DNA of 64,000 nucleotides, taken from Acidobacteriota bacterium (GTDB lineage: Bacteria > Acidobacteriota > UBA6911). This document shows, one piece after another, positions 27,232-36,863 of the stretch. The stretch covers positions 929 to 64,928 of the forward strand of contig JAAYAJ010000002.1 in the NCBI GenBank assembly GCA_012719455.1, written 5' to 3'. A program made the position numbers and the translations under genes. Positions within the stretch are counted from its first letter, which is position 1, and every line of letters starts with the position of its first letter. The notes under the pieces were generated by a model that searched no databases, was not told where the DNA came from, and saw only the letters and a program-made list of their open reading frames with translations.

Positions 27232-28290
27232 CTACGGGTGCTGGGGCGCCAGGTCCAACCCCATCGTCTCCGGCAGGAGGAACATGGCGTTCATGTTCTG
27301 CAGCGCCGACCCCGCCTGCCCCTTGACCAGGTTGTCGATATGGCTGATGACGCGGAAGACGCCCGTGCGTTCGTCGGTGGCCACGGTGACGATGACGCGA
27401 TTGGAGCCGCGCACGTCGCTCGTCCCGGCCGGTTCAGTGTAGTCGCGCACCTGGAAAAAGGGCTCCCCGGCAAAGGTGTCCCGGTAGGCTTCCAGGACCT
27501 TCCGGTGGGTCACCCCTGTGGGCAGGCGCCCGTAGAGGGTGGAGAGAATGCCGCGCACCATCGGCACCACCTGGGGGGTGAAGGTGACGCGCACCTCGCG
27601 GCCCGCCAGCAGGCCGAGTTCGCGCTCGATCTCCATCACGTGTTGATGCCCGGTAAGGCGGTAGGCGTTGGTGTTCTCGTACCGCTCGGGGAAATGGAAG
27701 CCGGCCGCCGGCTTCTTTCCCCCGCCCGACACGCCGGTCTTGCAGTCGCAGCAGATTCCCTCCGTTTCCACCAGCCCGTGTTGTACCGCGGGCCACAGCC
27801 CGCAGATGCAGCTCATGGCGAAGCACCCGGGGTTCCCTACCACGCGCGCCTTCCGCACCCTGTCGCGGTGCAGCTCGGTCAGACCGTAGACGCTCTCCCC
27901 GAGCAGCCCGGGGGCCTTGTGCACCGGGTCGCGTGCGATGCGGGTGGCGTATTCGCGATAGAGCGCCTCGGAGTTGAACCGGAAATCGCCCGAGTAGTCG
28001 ACCACCCTGCGGCCGGCCGCCACCTCGACGGGGGCCACCGTCTGCCCGACCCCGTCGGGGGTCGCGCAGAACACGACGTCGACTTCGGTCTCCCGCGCCT
28101 CGGCCGAATCGGGCGCGACGATGACCTGGTCGCAGTACCCCCTCAGGTAGGGCCACATGTCACTCAGCGGGCTCCCCACCCCCTGCACATCGACCAGGAC
28201 CTCCAGGGAGACCTCGGGGTGCCGCAGCAGCAGCTCCACCAGCCCGATTCCCCCGTACCCGCCCGCTCCCACCAGCTTCACTCGTACCAT
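27232..28290 (-). CDS. argC: N-acetyl-gamma-glutamyl-phosphate reductase.
   Basis: MVRVKLVGAGGYGGIGLVELL...VGNPGCFAMS active-site Cys...SHIDNLVKGQAG. Start at internal M25. Confidence 0.9.
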   Translation of the reverse strand: MVRVKLVGAGGYGGIGLVELLLRHPEVSLEVLVDVQGVGSPLSDMWPYLRGYCDQVIVAPDSAEARETEVDVVFCATPDGVGQTVAPVEVAAGRRVVDYSGDFRFNSEALYREYATRIARDPVHKAPGLLGESVYGLTELHRDRVRKARVVGNPGCFAMSCICGLWPAVQHGLVETEGICCDCKTGVSGGGKKPAAGFHFPERYENTNAYRLTGHQHVMEIERELGLLAGREVRVTFTPQVVPMVRGILSTLYGRLPTGVTHRKVLEAYRDTFAGEPFFQVRDYTEPAGTSDVRGSNRVIVTVATDERTGVFRVISHIDNLVKGQAGSALQNMNAMFLLPETMGLDLAPQHP

Positions 28291-28391
28291 TCCACCATCC
28301 TCCATCGCGTCGTCACGGCCCGGCCGTGCCACTGTGTCTATAACACGACCGGGCGCCGACATCGAGCCCGAATCGTCGCGCCCCGAGGGCG

Positions 28392-29384
28392 TCAGGGGCG
28401 GAGCAGTTCCCGCGCCGAGAGGAGGATTTCAATCTTGCCCTTCTCCCGGAGCCTTTCGACGAGGGCCTGAAGTTCGTTGTCGGCCTTGAATTGCCGCAGG
28501 CGCTCCCCGAGCTGCGGCCGCACGTCGTCGTAGCTGAACCTCCCCCGGGGCCGCCGCTCGGTCACCTCCATGACGTGATACCCGAGACGGGTCCGGACCA
28601 GGCCCACCTCCCCTACGGGGAGCGAAAAAGCCGCCTCCGAGTATTCGGGCAGGAGGCTTTCCCGGGTGCCGTACCCCATGTCGCCCCCGCGGGCGCCCGA
28701 AGGGTCCGTGGAATGTTCGGCCGCCAGCCGGGCGAAATCCTCCCCCCGGCGCACCCTGTCCAACAGGCTCTCCCCGAGCCGGCGGGCCTCCTCCTCCGTT
28801 CTCCCTTCGGCCCGGACGAGGATCTGGCGCGTCCGGGCGATCTCCGGGTGCTCCAGCTCCTCCGGGTGGGCCGCGAAATGTTCCCTCATCTCCGCTTCGG
28901 ACACGACCACCTTTTTGTGGATCGTCCCCTCGATATACCGGCTCACCAGCAGGTTCCTCCGCAGGATCTCCTTGTGGGAGGCGCGGTCGAGGTTCTGGCG
29001 GGCCAATTCCGCGTCCATCGCCGCGTCGTCCTTGAACAACTTCCGGAATGTCTCCATTTCAGCGGCCGCATCCTCCTCCGACACCCGCATACCGGCGGCG
29101 GCGGCCTCCTGCCGAATCAGCTCGGTGTTGACGAGCGCGGTAAGCTTGCCCAGGACCAGTTCACCGCGGTACTCGGGGCGCAGGTCCTGCCATTCAGGGT
29201 CGCCGATGGCGGCGAGTTCCCGGCGCACTTCGAGCTCCAGGTCCCCGCCCCGAATCTCCGCTCCATTCACCCGGGCCACCACATCCGGGAACAGCCTCTC
29301 CGAGCCGGAACCATCCTGTGCGGCAACGCCCGCGACGGCCAGGAGCGCCGCCAGGGCGGCCGCCACCATATCAGGCAGTTTCAT
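28392..29384 (-). CDS. Periplasmic parvulin-type peptidyl-prolyl isomerase (SurA/PpiD-like chaperone).
   Basis: Signal peptide MKLPDMVAAALAALLAVAGVAAQ. PpiC domain ...FARLAAEHSTDPSGARGGDMGY...GYHVMEV. RBS aaggagag. Confidence 0.7.
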   Translation of the reverse strand: MKLPDMVAAALAALLAVAGVAAQDGSGSERLFPDVVARVNGAEIRGGDLELEVRRELAAIGDPEWQDLRPEYRGELVLGKLTALVNTELIRQEAAAAGMRVSEEDAAAEMETFRKLFKDDAAMDAELARQNLDRASHKEILRRNLLVSRYIEGTIHKKVVVSEAEMREHFAAHPEELEHPEIARTRQILVRAEGRTEEEARRLGESLLDRVRRGEDFARLAAEHSTDPSGARGGDMGYGTRESLLPEYSEAAFSLPVGEVGLVRTRLGYHVMEVTERRPRGRFSYDDVRPQLGERLRQFKADNELQALVERLREKGKIEILLSARELLRP

Positions 29385-29516
29385 GGGCCCTCTCCTTGCA
29401 TCCATTCATGGAACGTAACCTAGCACAGAGCTCCCCCGTTTTCATGGTATAATGCGCCCCCGGCGGGCATCCGACGCAGCCCCCCGAGAGCGGCGCCGGG
29501 CGCCCTGCGGAAACAA

Positions 29517-29544
29517 CCGAGGCTCAACCGCCGAGGCTCAACCG
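29517..29544. repeat. Perfect tandem duplication of the 14-bp CCGAGGCTCAACCG in the PPIase/VKOR divergent intergenic region.
   Basis: ccgaggctcaaccg ccgaggctcaaccg read directly, ~40 nt upstream of the VKOR-fusion start. Confidence 0.5.
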
Positions 29545-29584
29545 ATTGAAGCGACCAACCATGCCGCAGAGGATGCACAACCCT

Positions 29585-30865
29585 ATGAAGCGACTCCACC
29601 ATAATCTCTGGATCCCCGCCCTGGCAGCATTGGCCCTCCTGCCCGCGGTCTGCCCGGCGCAGACCGAACTCCCGGTGGTGCGGGCGGTCCTGTTCAGTTC
29701 CCCCACCTGCTTGCATTGCGCCGATGTCCGGGAGAACGTGCTCCCCCCGCTTGCCGCCCGCTACGGTCCCCAACTGCAGGTGGCCGTCATCAGCACCGCG
29801 ACCGAGAACGGGCAGGAGTTGTTCCTCTCCGCCTGCTTGCAACACGGGCTCCTGAAGATGTCGGTGCCGTTGCTGGTGGTGGGGAACTCCGCCTTGGTCG
29901 GGAGCGTGGATATCCCGGACAAATTCCCGGGCCTCATCGACCGGTACCTGGAAGCCGGGGGGGCGGACTGGCCCCCGATCCCCGGACTCAGGACGATGAT
30001 CGCATCGGCCCCGCTCCCCGCCGGGTCGGCCCGGCCGCCTGCATCCAAATCCCCCGCACCGGCGCCCCCCGCGGCGGCACCCGAGAAAACCACGGCATCC
30101 GCCCCACCCGAGGCGGCGCCGGCCGCACCGGCGCCCCCCGAGCCCGCCGCGCCGGCTATCGCGGAACCAGTGCCGGCGCCGACGTCCGCTCCCACACCGG
30201 AGTCCGAGCCGCCGGCTCCCGCGGCTCCAGCAGCTCCCGCCTCGGGCATCCTCGACCTGACCGGAGAGGAAGAAAACCCGGGCATCCTGGCAAAGATCCG
30301 GCGCGATCCGTACGGCAACGGCCTGGCGATCCTGATGCTCGTCGTCATGATCGCCGTGCTGGCGGCCTCTCCGAAAATCGCGGGACGGGCCGGGTCGGGA
30401 AAGGGAGACCTGCGCCGGCCGCGCCTGGACGCCTGCGTCCCGATCCTCGTGCTGGCGGGGTTCGTCGTCGCCGGCTACCTGTCCCACGTGGAACTGAGGG
30501 AGGTCGAGGCCGTCTGCGGTCCCGTGGGGGACTGCAACACCGTGCAGCAGAGCTCCTACGCGAAGCTGTTCGGCATCCTTCCCATCGGGGTGCTGGGACT
30601 CGGCGGTTTCCTGACCATCCTGGCCGCATGGGCGCTGCGCCGCTTCGGCCCCGCCCGGATTTCCCTCCAGGCGGCGGTGGCGATGCTGGCGCTGACGGCC
30701 TTCGGGGTGCTCTTTTCGATCTACCTGACGTTCCTCGAGCCCTTCGTCATCGGCGCCACCTGTCTCTGGTGCCTCAGTTCGGCCGCGATCATGACGCTGC
30801 TGTTTCTGCTCGCGCTCAGGCCCGGAGTCGGAGCCTGGAAGAAGCTCAGGAACGGTCCAGGCTAA
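29585..30865 (+). CDS. Thioredoxin-like domain fused to a vitamin K epoxide reductase (VKOR) membrane domain through a Pro/Ala-rich linker. Disulfide-bond formation.
   Basis: Signal/TM MKRLHHNLWIPALAALALL; CLHC thioredoxin-type motif; PAPAPPAAAPE... linker. VKOR C-terminal domain carries CGPVGDC and CLWC. Confidence 0.75.
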   Translation: MKRLHHNLWIPALAALALLPAVCPAQTELPVVRAVLFSSPTCLHCADVRENVLPPLAARYGPQLQVAVISTATENGQELFLSACLQHGLLKMSVPLLVVGNSALVGSVDIPDKFPGLIDRYLEAGGADWPPIPGLRTMIASAPLPAGSARPPASKSPAPAPPAAAPEKTTASAPPEAAPAAPAPPEPAAPAIAEPVPAPTSAPTPESEPPAPAAPAAPASGILDLTGEEENPGILAKIRRDPYGNGLAILMLVVMIAVLAASPKIAGRAGSGKGDLRRPRLDACVPILVLAGFVVAGYLSHVELREVEAVCGPVGDCNTVQQSSYAKLFGILPIGVLGLGGFLTILAAWALRRFGPARISLQAAVAMLALTAFGVLFSIYLTFLEPFVIGATCLWCLSSAAIMTLLFLLALRPGVGAWKKLRNGPG

Positions 30866-30866
30866 G

Positions 30867-32024
30867 TCACTCGCCGGCCGCGTCCGCGACGGCGCCGAAG
30901 ATGACGACACTCCGCCCGGCGACCGCCGCCGCCGCGTGCCGCGTCCAGTCCAGGTCGACCGTCCCCTCCGGCAGCGGGTGGACCCGCAGGGCTACGACAG
31001 CCTTGACGCAGTAATCGGAATTCTTCTCGTAATCCCGGTTGAAGCGGTGGCGCTCCGGGACCCGCGCCACGCAGGCCTCGGTGGCCCGGCTGGAGATGTC
31101 GGGGATTCCCGGGTTTTTCATCTGGGGGGCGACGACGCGCAGCGGCCCGCTCCCCACCAGCCGCCCTTCGGCCGAGATGGAGGCGGCGGGATAGGGCTCC
31201 CCGTTGACGGAGAAGGAGAGCAGGATGTCGGCGTCGGGCAACGGCACCCCCTCCTTCAGCCCCCGGGCGCCGTAGCGCACCCAGCCGCATTCCCCCAGGG
31301 TCTCCTCGTCCAGGCCCATGACCGGGGCCGCCTGCGGATATTTCCTCCGCAGCTGCTCGATCGAAAAGGTCGTGGTATAGCCGTCGAGGCTGATGACGTC
31401 GACGGCCGTCGCCCCCTTGCGCAACCCGGCGGCCTCGAGCACGTCGATGAGGCGGAAGCCGCCGATGTCCGAATAGCTGTCGCCTTCCCTGGATTTGCTC
31501 ACGTTGACGAACAGGGCCTGCTCGAACAGCGGAAGACCGCGCCGTTTCAGCTCATCCAGGGAAAGGAGGACGTGCGGCGCCTCGGGGTAACCGGGACGGC
31601 TCGCGGCATCCCCGGGGTGGGTCGCCGCCCGGATCTCCTCGGCGTTGGAAAACCCGTCCCGGTCGGAATCTAACGCGGCGATGGCGGCGAACGCCCCGGC
31701 GTTGCGCCCCGACCCGAGGTAGTCTTTTCCAAAGGAATTGAGAGTGTCCGCCTTCCTGCGGCCGTAATCGGTCACCTGGTGGCAGGAATCGCAGCTGCTG
31801 AGCACCACGGCGTCCTTCGCCCCGGGGGGCGGCGCCGAAATCCGGCTGTGACAGACATCGCACGTGTCCATCCGGGTCCCCTCAAGGTGCGGATAAGCGC
31901 CGACGAAGATTTCCGAGTCCTGTTCCTGGTGGGTCCGGTAGGCGGCCGTTCCGGCGCCGGCCACGAGGAGGAGCGCCGCACCCAGCACGGCCGTTGCAGG
32001 TTTGATTTTGCGGAGGAAATGCAT
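30867..32024 (-). CDS. Dihaem c-type cytochrome fused to a sulfite-oxidase-family (Oxidored_molyb-like) domain.
   Basis: Signal peptide MHFLRKIKPATAVLGAALLLVAGAG. Two CxxCH motifs (CDVCH, CDSCH). DSDRDGFSNAEE Ca-loop-like segment. C-terminal ...SLDGYTTTFSIEQL...NGEPYPAASISAEGRLVGSGPLRVVAPQM. Confidence 0.55.
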   Translation of the reverse strand: MHFLRKIKPATAVLGAALLLVAGAGTAAYRTHQEQDSEIFVGAYPHLEGTRMDTCDVCHSRISAPPPGAKDAVVLSSCDSCHQVTDYGRRKADTLNSFGKDYLGSGRNAGAFAAIAALDSDRDGFSNAEEIRAATHPGDAASRPGYPEAPHVLLSLDELKRRGLPLFEQALFVNVSKSREGDSYSDIGGFRLIDVLEAAGLRKGATAVDVISLDGYTTTFSIEQLRRKYPQAAPVMGLDEETLGECGWVRYGARGLKEGVPLPDADILLSFSVNGEPYPAASISAEGRLVGSGPLRVVAPQMKNPGIPDISSRATEACVARVPERHRFNRDYEKNSDYCVKAVVALRVHPLPEGTVDLDWTRHAAAAVAGRSVVIFGAVADAAGE

Positions 32025-32397
32025 ACTCTCTTCTCCCGGTAGCGGCCCTGCGGCCGATAATGTCCGCGCGTCCATGCGCGGGAAGATCTTACCTAAAGCC
32101 ACCGCCGCTTACAACTATGGCGCCAATAGGACAAAATAACACCTAAAAACGCTATTTGACCTGGATCACGACCAAAATCTCCAGCAGAGCGATCCGATCG
32201 CCTCCTGTTCCCCTCCCGCTTGCGTTCTGGACAATCCTTCACGGAAGAAATAGTACTACTAGCATGGATCCTATTGCCAACGACGGAACACCCGCACCCG
32301 ACAAAACCTGTTGCCGCCGCGGCGCGGCTGTGCGATGGTGGGGCCTGCGGTGGCGCCTCCGGACTCCCGCCAGCGTCGCCGACACGGGGACTGACCG

Positions 32398-33672
32398 ATG
32401 GAATGGGTGACTCTTCGGGATTTCGCGATCGCGCTGCTGATCGGCGCCCTGGTGGGCGCCGAGCGCGAAAACCACAAGCGCGCGGAAGACCCCGCCAGCA
32501 ACAGCGGCCTGCGCACCTTCATCCTGTTCGCCATGGCCGGGGCGGTCTCTGCCTGGATCGGCGCCCGCATGGGCTCCCCGTGGCTCTTCGTCGCCACCCT
32601 GGCTGTCGCGGGCGGGACCCAGATCGCCAGCTACGTGATGCACGGGCGCCAGCGGCCGCAATCGATGGGCATGACCACCGAGGCGGCGGTGCTGTGCGTG
32701 TGCCTGCTCGGCGGGATGACGACGCTGGGGTACCCCGAACTGGCGGTGGGCCTGGGCATCGTCACCACCGCCATCCTCGCCTACAAGGACCCGATGCACA
32801 GCTGGGTCAGCCGGTTGGGGCGGGACGACATCTACGCCGGCCTGAGGCTGCTCTTCGCCTCGTTCATCGTGCTCCCCCTTCTCCCGAACCGGACCGTGGA
32901 CCCCTGGAACACGCTCAACCCTTACAAGCTCTGGCTTCTCGTCATCCTGATCTCCGCGCTCTCGCTGATCGGCTATATCGCCGTCCGCTGGCTCGGGCCG
33001 GGACGGGGCACCGCCCTGACCGGGTTGGCGGGAGGATTGGTGTCCTCGACCGCCGTCACCCTCTCCTTCGCCCGCGGCGACCGGGAGTCCGACCAGCCTG
33101 CCGCGCGCGATCTCCTCGCCCTGGGCATCCTGATCGCCTGGGGGATGATGTTTCCGCGGGTGATGGTGGAAGTGGCGGTGGTGTACCCCCCGCTCCTTTC
33201 CCGGCTGGCGTCCCCCTTCCTGGCCATGGGGCTGGCTGCGCTCGGCGCGGCCGCCTTCTTCTACCGCCGCAGCCTTCGCAGCCGGGCCGGGGACCGGGGG
33301 CACATGCAGGACGTCGCCCTGAAGAACCCCTTCAGCCTCACCCGGGCCGTCAGTTTCGGCCTGGTATTCGCCCTGGTGCTGGTGGCGGTCAGCATCGCCG
33401 AGGAACGCTTCTCATCCCGAGGCCTTTACCTGGTCGCTTTCCTGGCCGGCCTGACCGACGTGGACGCCATCACCCTGTCGATGGCCGACTTCGCCCGGAG
33501 CGGGGGCGCCGAGAACACGGCTGTTGCCGCCATCACCCTGGCCGCGCTGGCCAACACCTTCGCCAAATGCGGCTTTGTCCTCCTCTTCAGCAGCCGGGGC
33601 CTGAAAAAAAGGATACTGCCGGCGACGTTGGCCATCGCACTGGCGGGCGGCGCCGCGCTCCGGTTCCTCTGA
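32398..33672 (+). CDS. MgtC/SapB-family membrane protein with a DUF4010 domain.
   Basis: ALLIGALVGAEREN is the MgtC N-terminal signature. Polytopic, 424 aa. Confidence 0.75.
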   Translation: MEWVTLRDFAIALLIGALVGAERENHKRAEDPASNSGLRTFILFAMAGAVSAWIGARMGSPWLFVATLAVAGGTQIASYVMHGRQRPQSMGMTTEAAVLCVCLLGGMTTLGYPELAVGLGIVTTAILAYKDPMHSWVSRLGRDDIYAGLRLLFASFIVLPLLPNRTVDPWNTLNPYKLWLLVILISALSLIGYIAVRWLGPGRGTALTGLAGGLVSSTAVTLSFARGDRESDQPAARDLLALGILIAWGMMFPRVMVEVAVVYPPLLSRLASPFLAMGLAALGAAAFFYRRSLRSRAGDRGHMQDVALKNPFSLTRAVSFGLVFALVLVAVSIAEERFSSRGLYLVAFLAGLTDVDAITLSMADFARSGGAENTAVAAITLAALANTFAKCGFVLLFSSRGLKKRILPATLAIALAGGAALRFL

Positions 33673-33696
33673 AGGGGCGCGCAACCAACGGGCGGC

Positions 33697-34695
33697 CTAT
33701 TCGCTCTTGAGCGACCGCTCCATCAGCGCGTCGATGGCCTCCCGGGGGGAGATCGCTCCGCGGAGGAGGAGGCCGACCATCGTCGCGATCGGCATGTCCA
33801 CCCCGAGGCGCCGCGAGAGCTCGAGCACGGCTTCGGTCGTCTTCACCCCTTCGGCCACCTCGTGCATCGAGCGCAGGATGTCGTCGAGCCTCCTCCCCTT
33901 GCCCAGTTCGACCCCCACGCGGCGGTTCCGGCTCTGCGCCCCCGTGCAGGTGAGCACGAGGTCCCCCATCCCGGCCAGCCCGGCCAAGGTATCCTGGCGT
34001 CCCCCGCAGGCCTCGGCGAGGCGGGAGACCTCGGCCAGGCCCCGGGTGACGAGCGCGGCCATGGGGTTGTGCCCCAGGCCCAACCCCTCCACGACGCCGG
34101 CGGCGATGGCGATGACGTTCTTGACCGCGCCCCCCAGTTCTACCCCCACCACGTCGTCGGAAGCGTACAGGCGCAGCGTCCGGGAGGAGAATTCCCGCTG
34201 GATCCGCCCCGCGAGGTCCGGGGAAGCGGAAGCCGCCACGATCGCCGTCGGCTCCCCGCGCGCCACTTCGCGCGCGAAGCTCGGCCCCGACAGGACCGCC
34301 ACCCGGGGCTCGAAGCGGGGGGAGAGGACGGCGCGGATGACCTCGCTCATGCGCATCAGCGTCCCCTCCTCCAGCCCCTTGGTGGCGCTCACGAGAACCA
34401 TGTCCGACCGGAGGAGGGGCGCCATGCGCTCGTACAGGGCGCGGCAGACGTGCGACGGCATCACGCTGAGCACGATTTCCGCCGGGGCGAGCGCCTCCTC
34501 GAGGTTCGAGGTGGCGCCCACGGCGGCGGGAAGGACGATATCGGGCAGGAAAAGCCGGTTGCGCCCCTCCTCCCGGATGGAGGCGACCACCTCCTCTTCG
34601 CGCGCCCAGAGCCGGACGCCGTGCCCCATCCCCGCCAGCGCCCCCGCAAGCGCCGTCCCCCAGCTCCCCGCCCCGATAACGGCGACCTCCGCCAT
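33697..34695 (-). CDS. gpsA: NAD(P)H-dependent glycerol-3-phosphate dehydrogenase.
   Basis: MAEVAVIGAGSWGTALA...GAVKNVIAIAAGV. Start at internal M8. Confidence 0.9.
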   Translation of the reverse strand: MAEVAVIGAGSWGTALAGALAGMGHGVRLWAREEEVVASIREEGRNRLFLPDIVLPAAVGATSNLEEALAPAEIVLSVMPSHVCRALYERMAPLLRSDMVLVSATKGLEEGTLMRMSEVIRAVLSPRFEPRVAVLSGPSFAREVARGEPTAIVAASASPDLAGRIQREFSSRTLRLYASDDVVGVELGGAVKNVIAIAAGVVEGLGLGHNPMAALVTRGLAEVSRLAEACGGRQDTLAGLAGMGDLVLTCTGAQSRNRRVGVELGKGRRLDDILRSMHEVAEGVKTTEAVLELSRRLGVDMPIATMVGLLLRGAISPREAIDALMERSLKSE

Positions 34696-34820
34696 ACCCC
34701 CTCCTTCCGATGTCAAAATATCACAGCGGCGCGGGGGGACCGGGGAAGAAGTCCCAAAAATTTCCGCCTTGCGGGCGATTGTGAATTCCCAAACCGGCCG
34801 CTTGCCTTCATAATGTCCCC

Positions 34821-35642
34821 ATGCTGAAACGACAGAAGACAGGATCGGTGCTTTGCCCCTCGTGCGGCAAGCTGGTCGGGGTGGGGGACGACGCCTGTTT
34901 CCACTGCGGCCGGCCGAACCCGGGGATGTGGGGTTTTGCCGGGGTGCTGCGCCGGATGGGGGGAAACCTCGGGTTCGTCCCCGTAGTCATCTACGGGTGC
35001 GCCCTGCTGTATGTGGCCACCCTTATCATGGACCCGCAGGGAATCCGGATGTCGGGGCTCTCCATCCTCTCCCCGAGCACGCGGAGCCTGCTGGCCTTCG
35101 GCGCCAGCGGCGCCCTCCCCGTGTTCCGCCTGAACCGCTGGTGGACCGTCCTGTCCGCCGGGTGGCTCCACGGCGGGCTGCTGCACATCGCCTTCAACCT
35201 GCTCTGGATCCGCCAACTGGCGCCGGCGGCGGCGACGCTGTACGGGGCCTCCCGCGCCGCCATCATCTACACGGTCGCCTCCGTCACCGGGTTCCTGCTG
35301 AGCACCCTCTGCGGCATCCAGTTGACGGTAGGGGCCAGCGCCCCGATCTTCGGACTCCTGGGGGCGCTGGTGGCCTACGACCGGCGCACCGGGAGCCGCC
35401 AGGTCGGCAGCCAGGCGCTGACCTACGCCGCTGTCCTTTTCGTGTTCGGGCTCCTGATGCCCAACGTCGACAACTTCGCCCACCTGGGGGGGTTCGCGGG
35501 GGGCTTCGTCGCGGGGCGGGTGTTCAATCCCCTCCTCCCCGAGCGGGTGGGGCACACGATCGGGGCCCTGGCCTGCCTGGGAATGACGGCCCTGTCCGTC
35601 ATCGCGTCGGTGGCGACTTCGGGGATTTTCTTCGCACGGTGA
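34821..35642 (+). CDS. Rhomboid-family intramembrane serine protease with an N-terminal zinc-ribbon.
   Basis: CPSCG...CFHCG zinc ribbon; GASAPIFG catalytic Ser motif; AHLGGFAGG catalytic His. Confidence 0.8.
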   Translation: MLKRQKTGSVLCPSCGKLVGVGDDACFHCGRPNPGMWGFAGVLRRMGGNLGFVPVVIYGCALLYVATLIMDPQGIRMSGLSILSPSTRSLLAFGASGALPVFRLNRWWTVLSAGWLHGGLLHIAFNLLWIRQLAPAAATLYGASRAAIIYTVASVTGFLLSTLCGIQLTVGASAPIFGLLGALVAYDRRTGSRQVGSQALTYAAVLFVFGLLMPNVDNFAHLGGFAGGFVAGRVFNPLLPERVGHTIGALACLGMTALSVIASVATSGIFFAR

Positions 35643-35664
35643 TAGGCGGCCCGACGGCCGGTTT

Positions 35665-36702
35665 TCAGCCGCCGATGCTGATCATCTCGATTTTCCTGCG
35701 CGAACCGGGCTCGTACTCACCCGCCTTCATCGCCTCCAGGCGCTCCTCGGAATAGCGGTCGGCCCTCGCTTCCCAGGCGGACCGGATGGTCGCCAGGATC
35801 TCCCGGTCGTCGGCCCCCGTGCGCAGCAGCCGCTTCAGGTCGACACTCCGGTCGGAGAAGAGGCAGAGGACGAGCCTGCCGTCGGCCGTCAGGCGCGCGC
35901 GCGTGCAGCCGATGCAGAAGGGCTCCGTCACCGAGGCGATGACGCCGATGTCGCCCCCCCGGTCGACGTAGCGGTAATTGACCGCGGGTGCGCTCGGGTC
36001 GCTCCGGCCGGCCTCTTCGAGGGGATAGCGCGCGTGGATGATCTCCAGGATCTCCCGCTTGGACATCATCCGCTCCGACACCCACTGGTTGGAGTTGCCC
36101 ACGTCCATGAACTCGATGAACCGGAGCCAGAACCCGTTCCGGCGCGCGAAATCGACCAGGGGAAGGATGTCGTCGTCGTTGACACCGCGCTGGACGACGG
36201 AATTGATCTTGATGGGCGCGAGCCCCAGGAGCCGGGCGGTCATCAGCCCTTCCAGGACGCTGGCCAGGTTGTCACGCTTCGTCAGGGCGCGGAACCTGGC
36301 GGGATGGATCGTGTCGAGGCTCACGTTGATCCGTCGTAGGCCGGCGCGCATCAGCCGCGCCGCCTGATTCTTCAGGTGGGAGGCGTTGGTCGTCAGGGAA
36401 AGGTCCCTGAGCCCCTCGAGACCGGCGAGGGCGGAAACCAGGGTGTCCAGCCCGTGCCGGAGCAGCGGCTCCCCCCCGGTGATCCGGATCTCCTCGACCC
36501 CCGATCGGAGGAAGAGCCCGGCCAGGCGCGTGATCTCCTCGAAGGTGAGGATCTCCCTCCGGTCGATCCACTCGTACTGCTCGAGCGGCATGCAGTAGCT
36601 GCAGCGGAAGTTACACCGGTCGGTGACCGATATCCTCATCTCCCTCAGTTCGCGCCCGAGGGTGTCCTTGATGCCGACGATGCCGACGCGATCGACTTCC
36701 AT
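35665..36702 (-). CDS. moaA: GTP 3',8-cyclase MoaA (molybdenum cofactor biosynthesis, radical SAM).
   Basis: ISVTDRCNFRCSYCMP; GGEPLL; C-terminal CIGCTRARLTADGRLVLCLF motifs. Start at internal M17. Confidence 0.9.
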   Translation of the reverse strand: MEVDRVGIVGIKDTLGRELREMRISVTDRCNFRCSYCMPLEQYEWIDRREILTFEEITRLAGLFLRSGVEEIRITGGEPLLRHGLDTLVSALAGLEGLRDLSLTTNASHLKNQAARLMRAGLRRINVSLDTIHPARFRALTKRDNLASVLEGLMTARLLGLAPIKINSVVQRGVNDDDILPLVDFARRNGFWLRFIEFMDVGNSNQWVSERMMSKREILEIIHARYPLEEAGRSDPSAPAVNYRYVDRGGDIGVIASVTEPFCIGCTRARLTADGRLVLCLFSDRSVDLKRLLRTGADDREILATIRSAWEARADRYSEERLEAMKAGEYEPGSRRKIEMISIGG

Positions 36703-36863
36703 TCGCTTGCCACTCCGGGGCGATTCGGGCCGCCCCCTGCCCCCGCCCATGATACCATGGGCGATCTTTCAGTATCGCACCTCATGGGATCCAAGGCAAC
36801 CCGGGGCCGAAAAGACGCTCCGCCCCTCGCCGGGACGGGCCGCTTGGGGTATGATGCCTCCTT

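Noticed and set aside
30040-30240. Highly repetitive GC-rich stretch (ccggcgcc…gcccc) that could be mistaken for a tandem or CRISPR-like repeat.
   Set aside because: It is the in-frame Pro/Ala-rich linker of the Trx-VKOR protein. There is no spacer-repeat periodicity, so it is coding low complexity.
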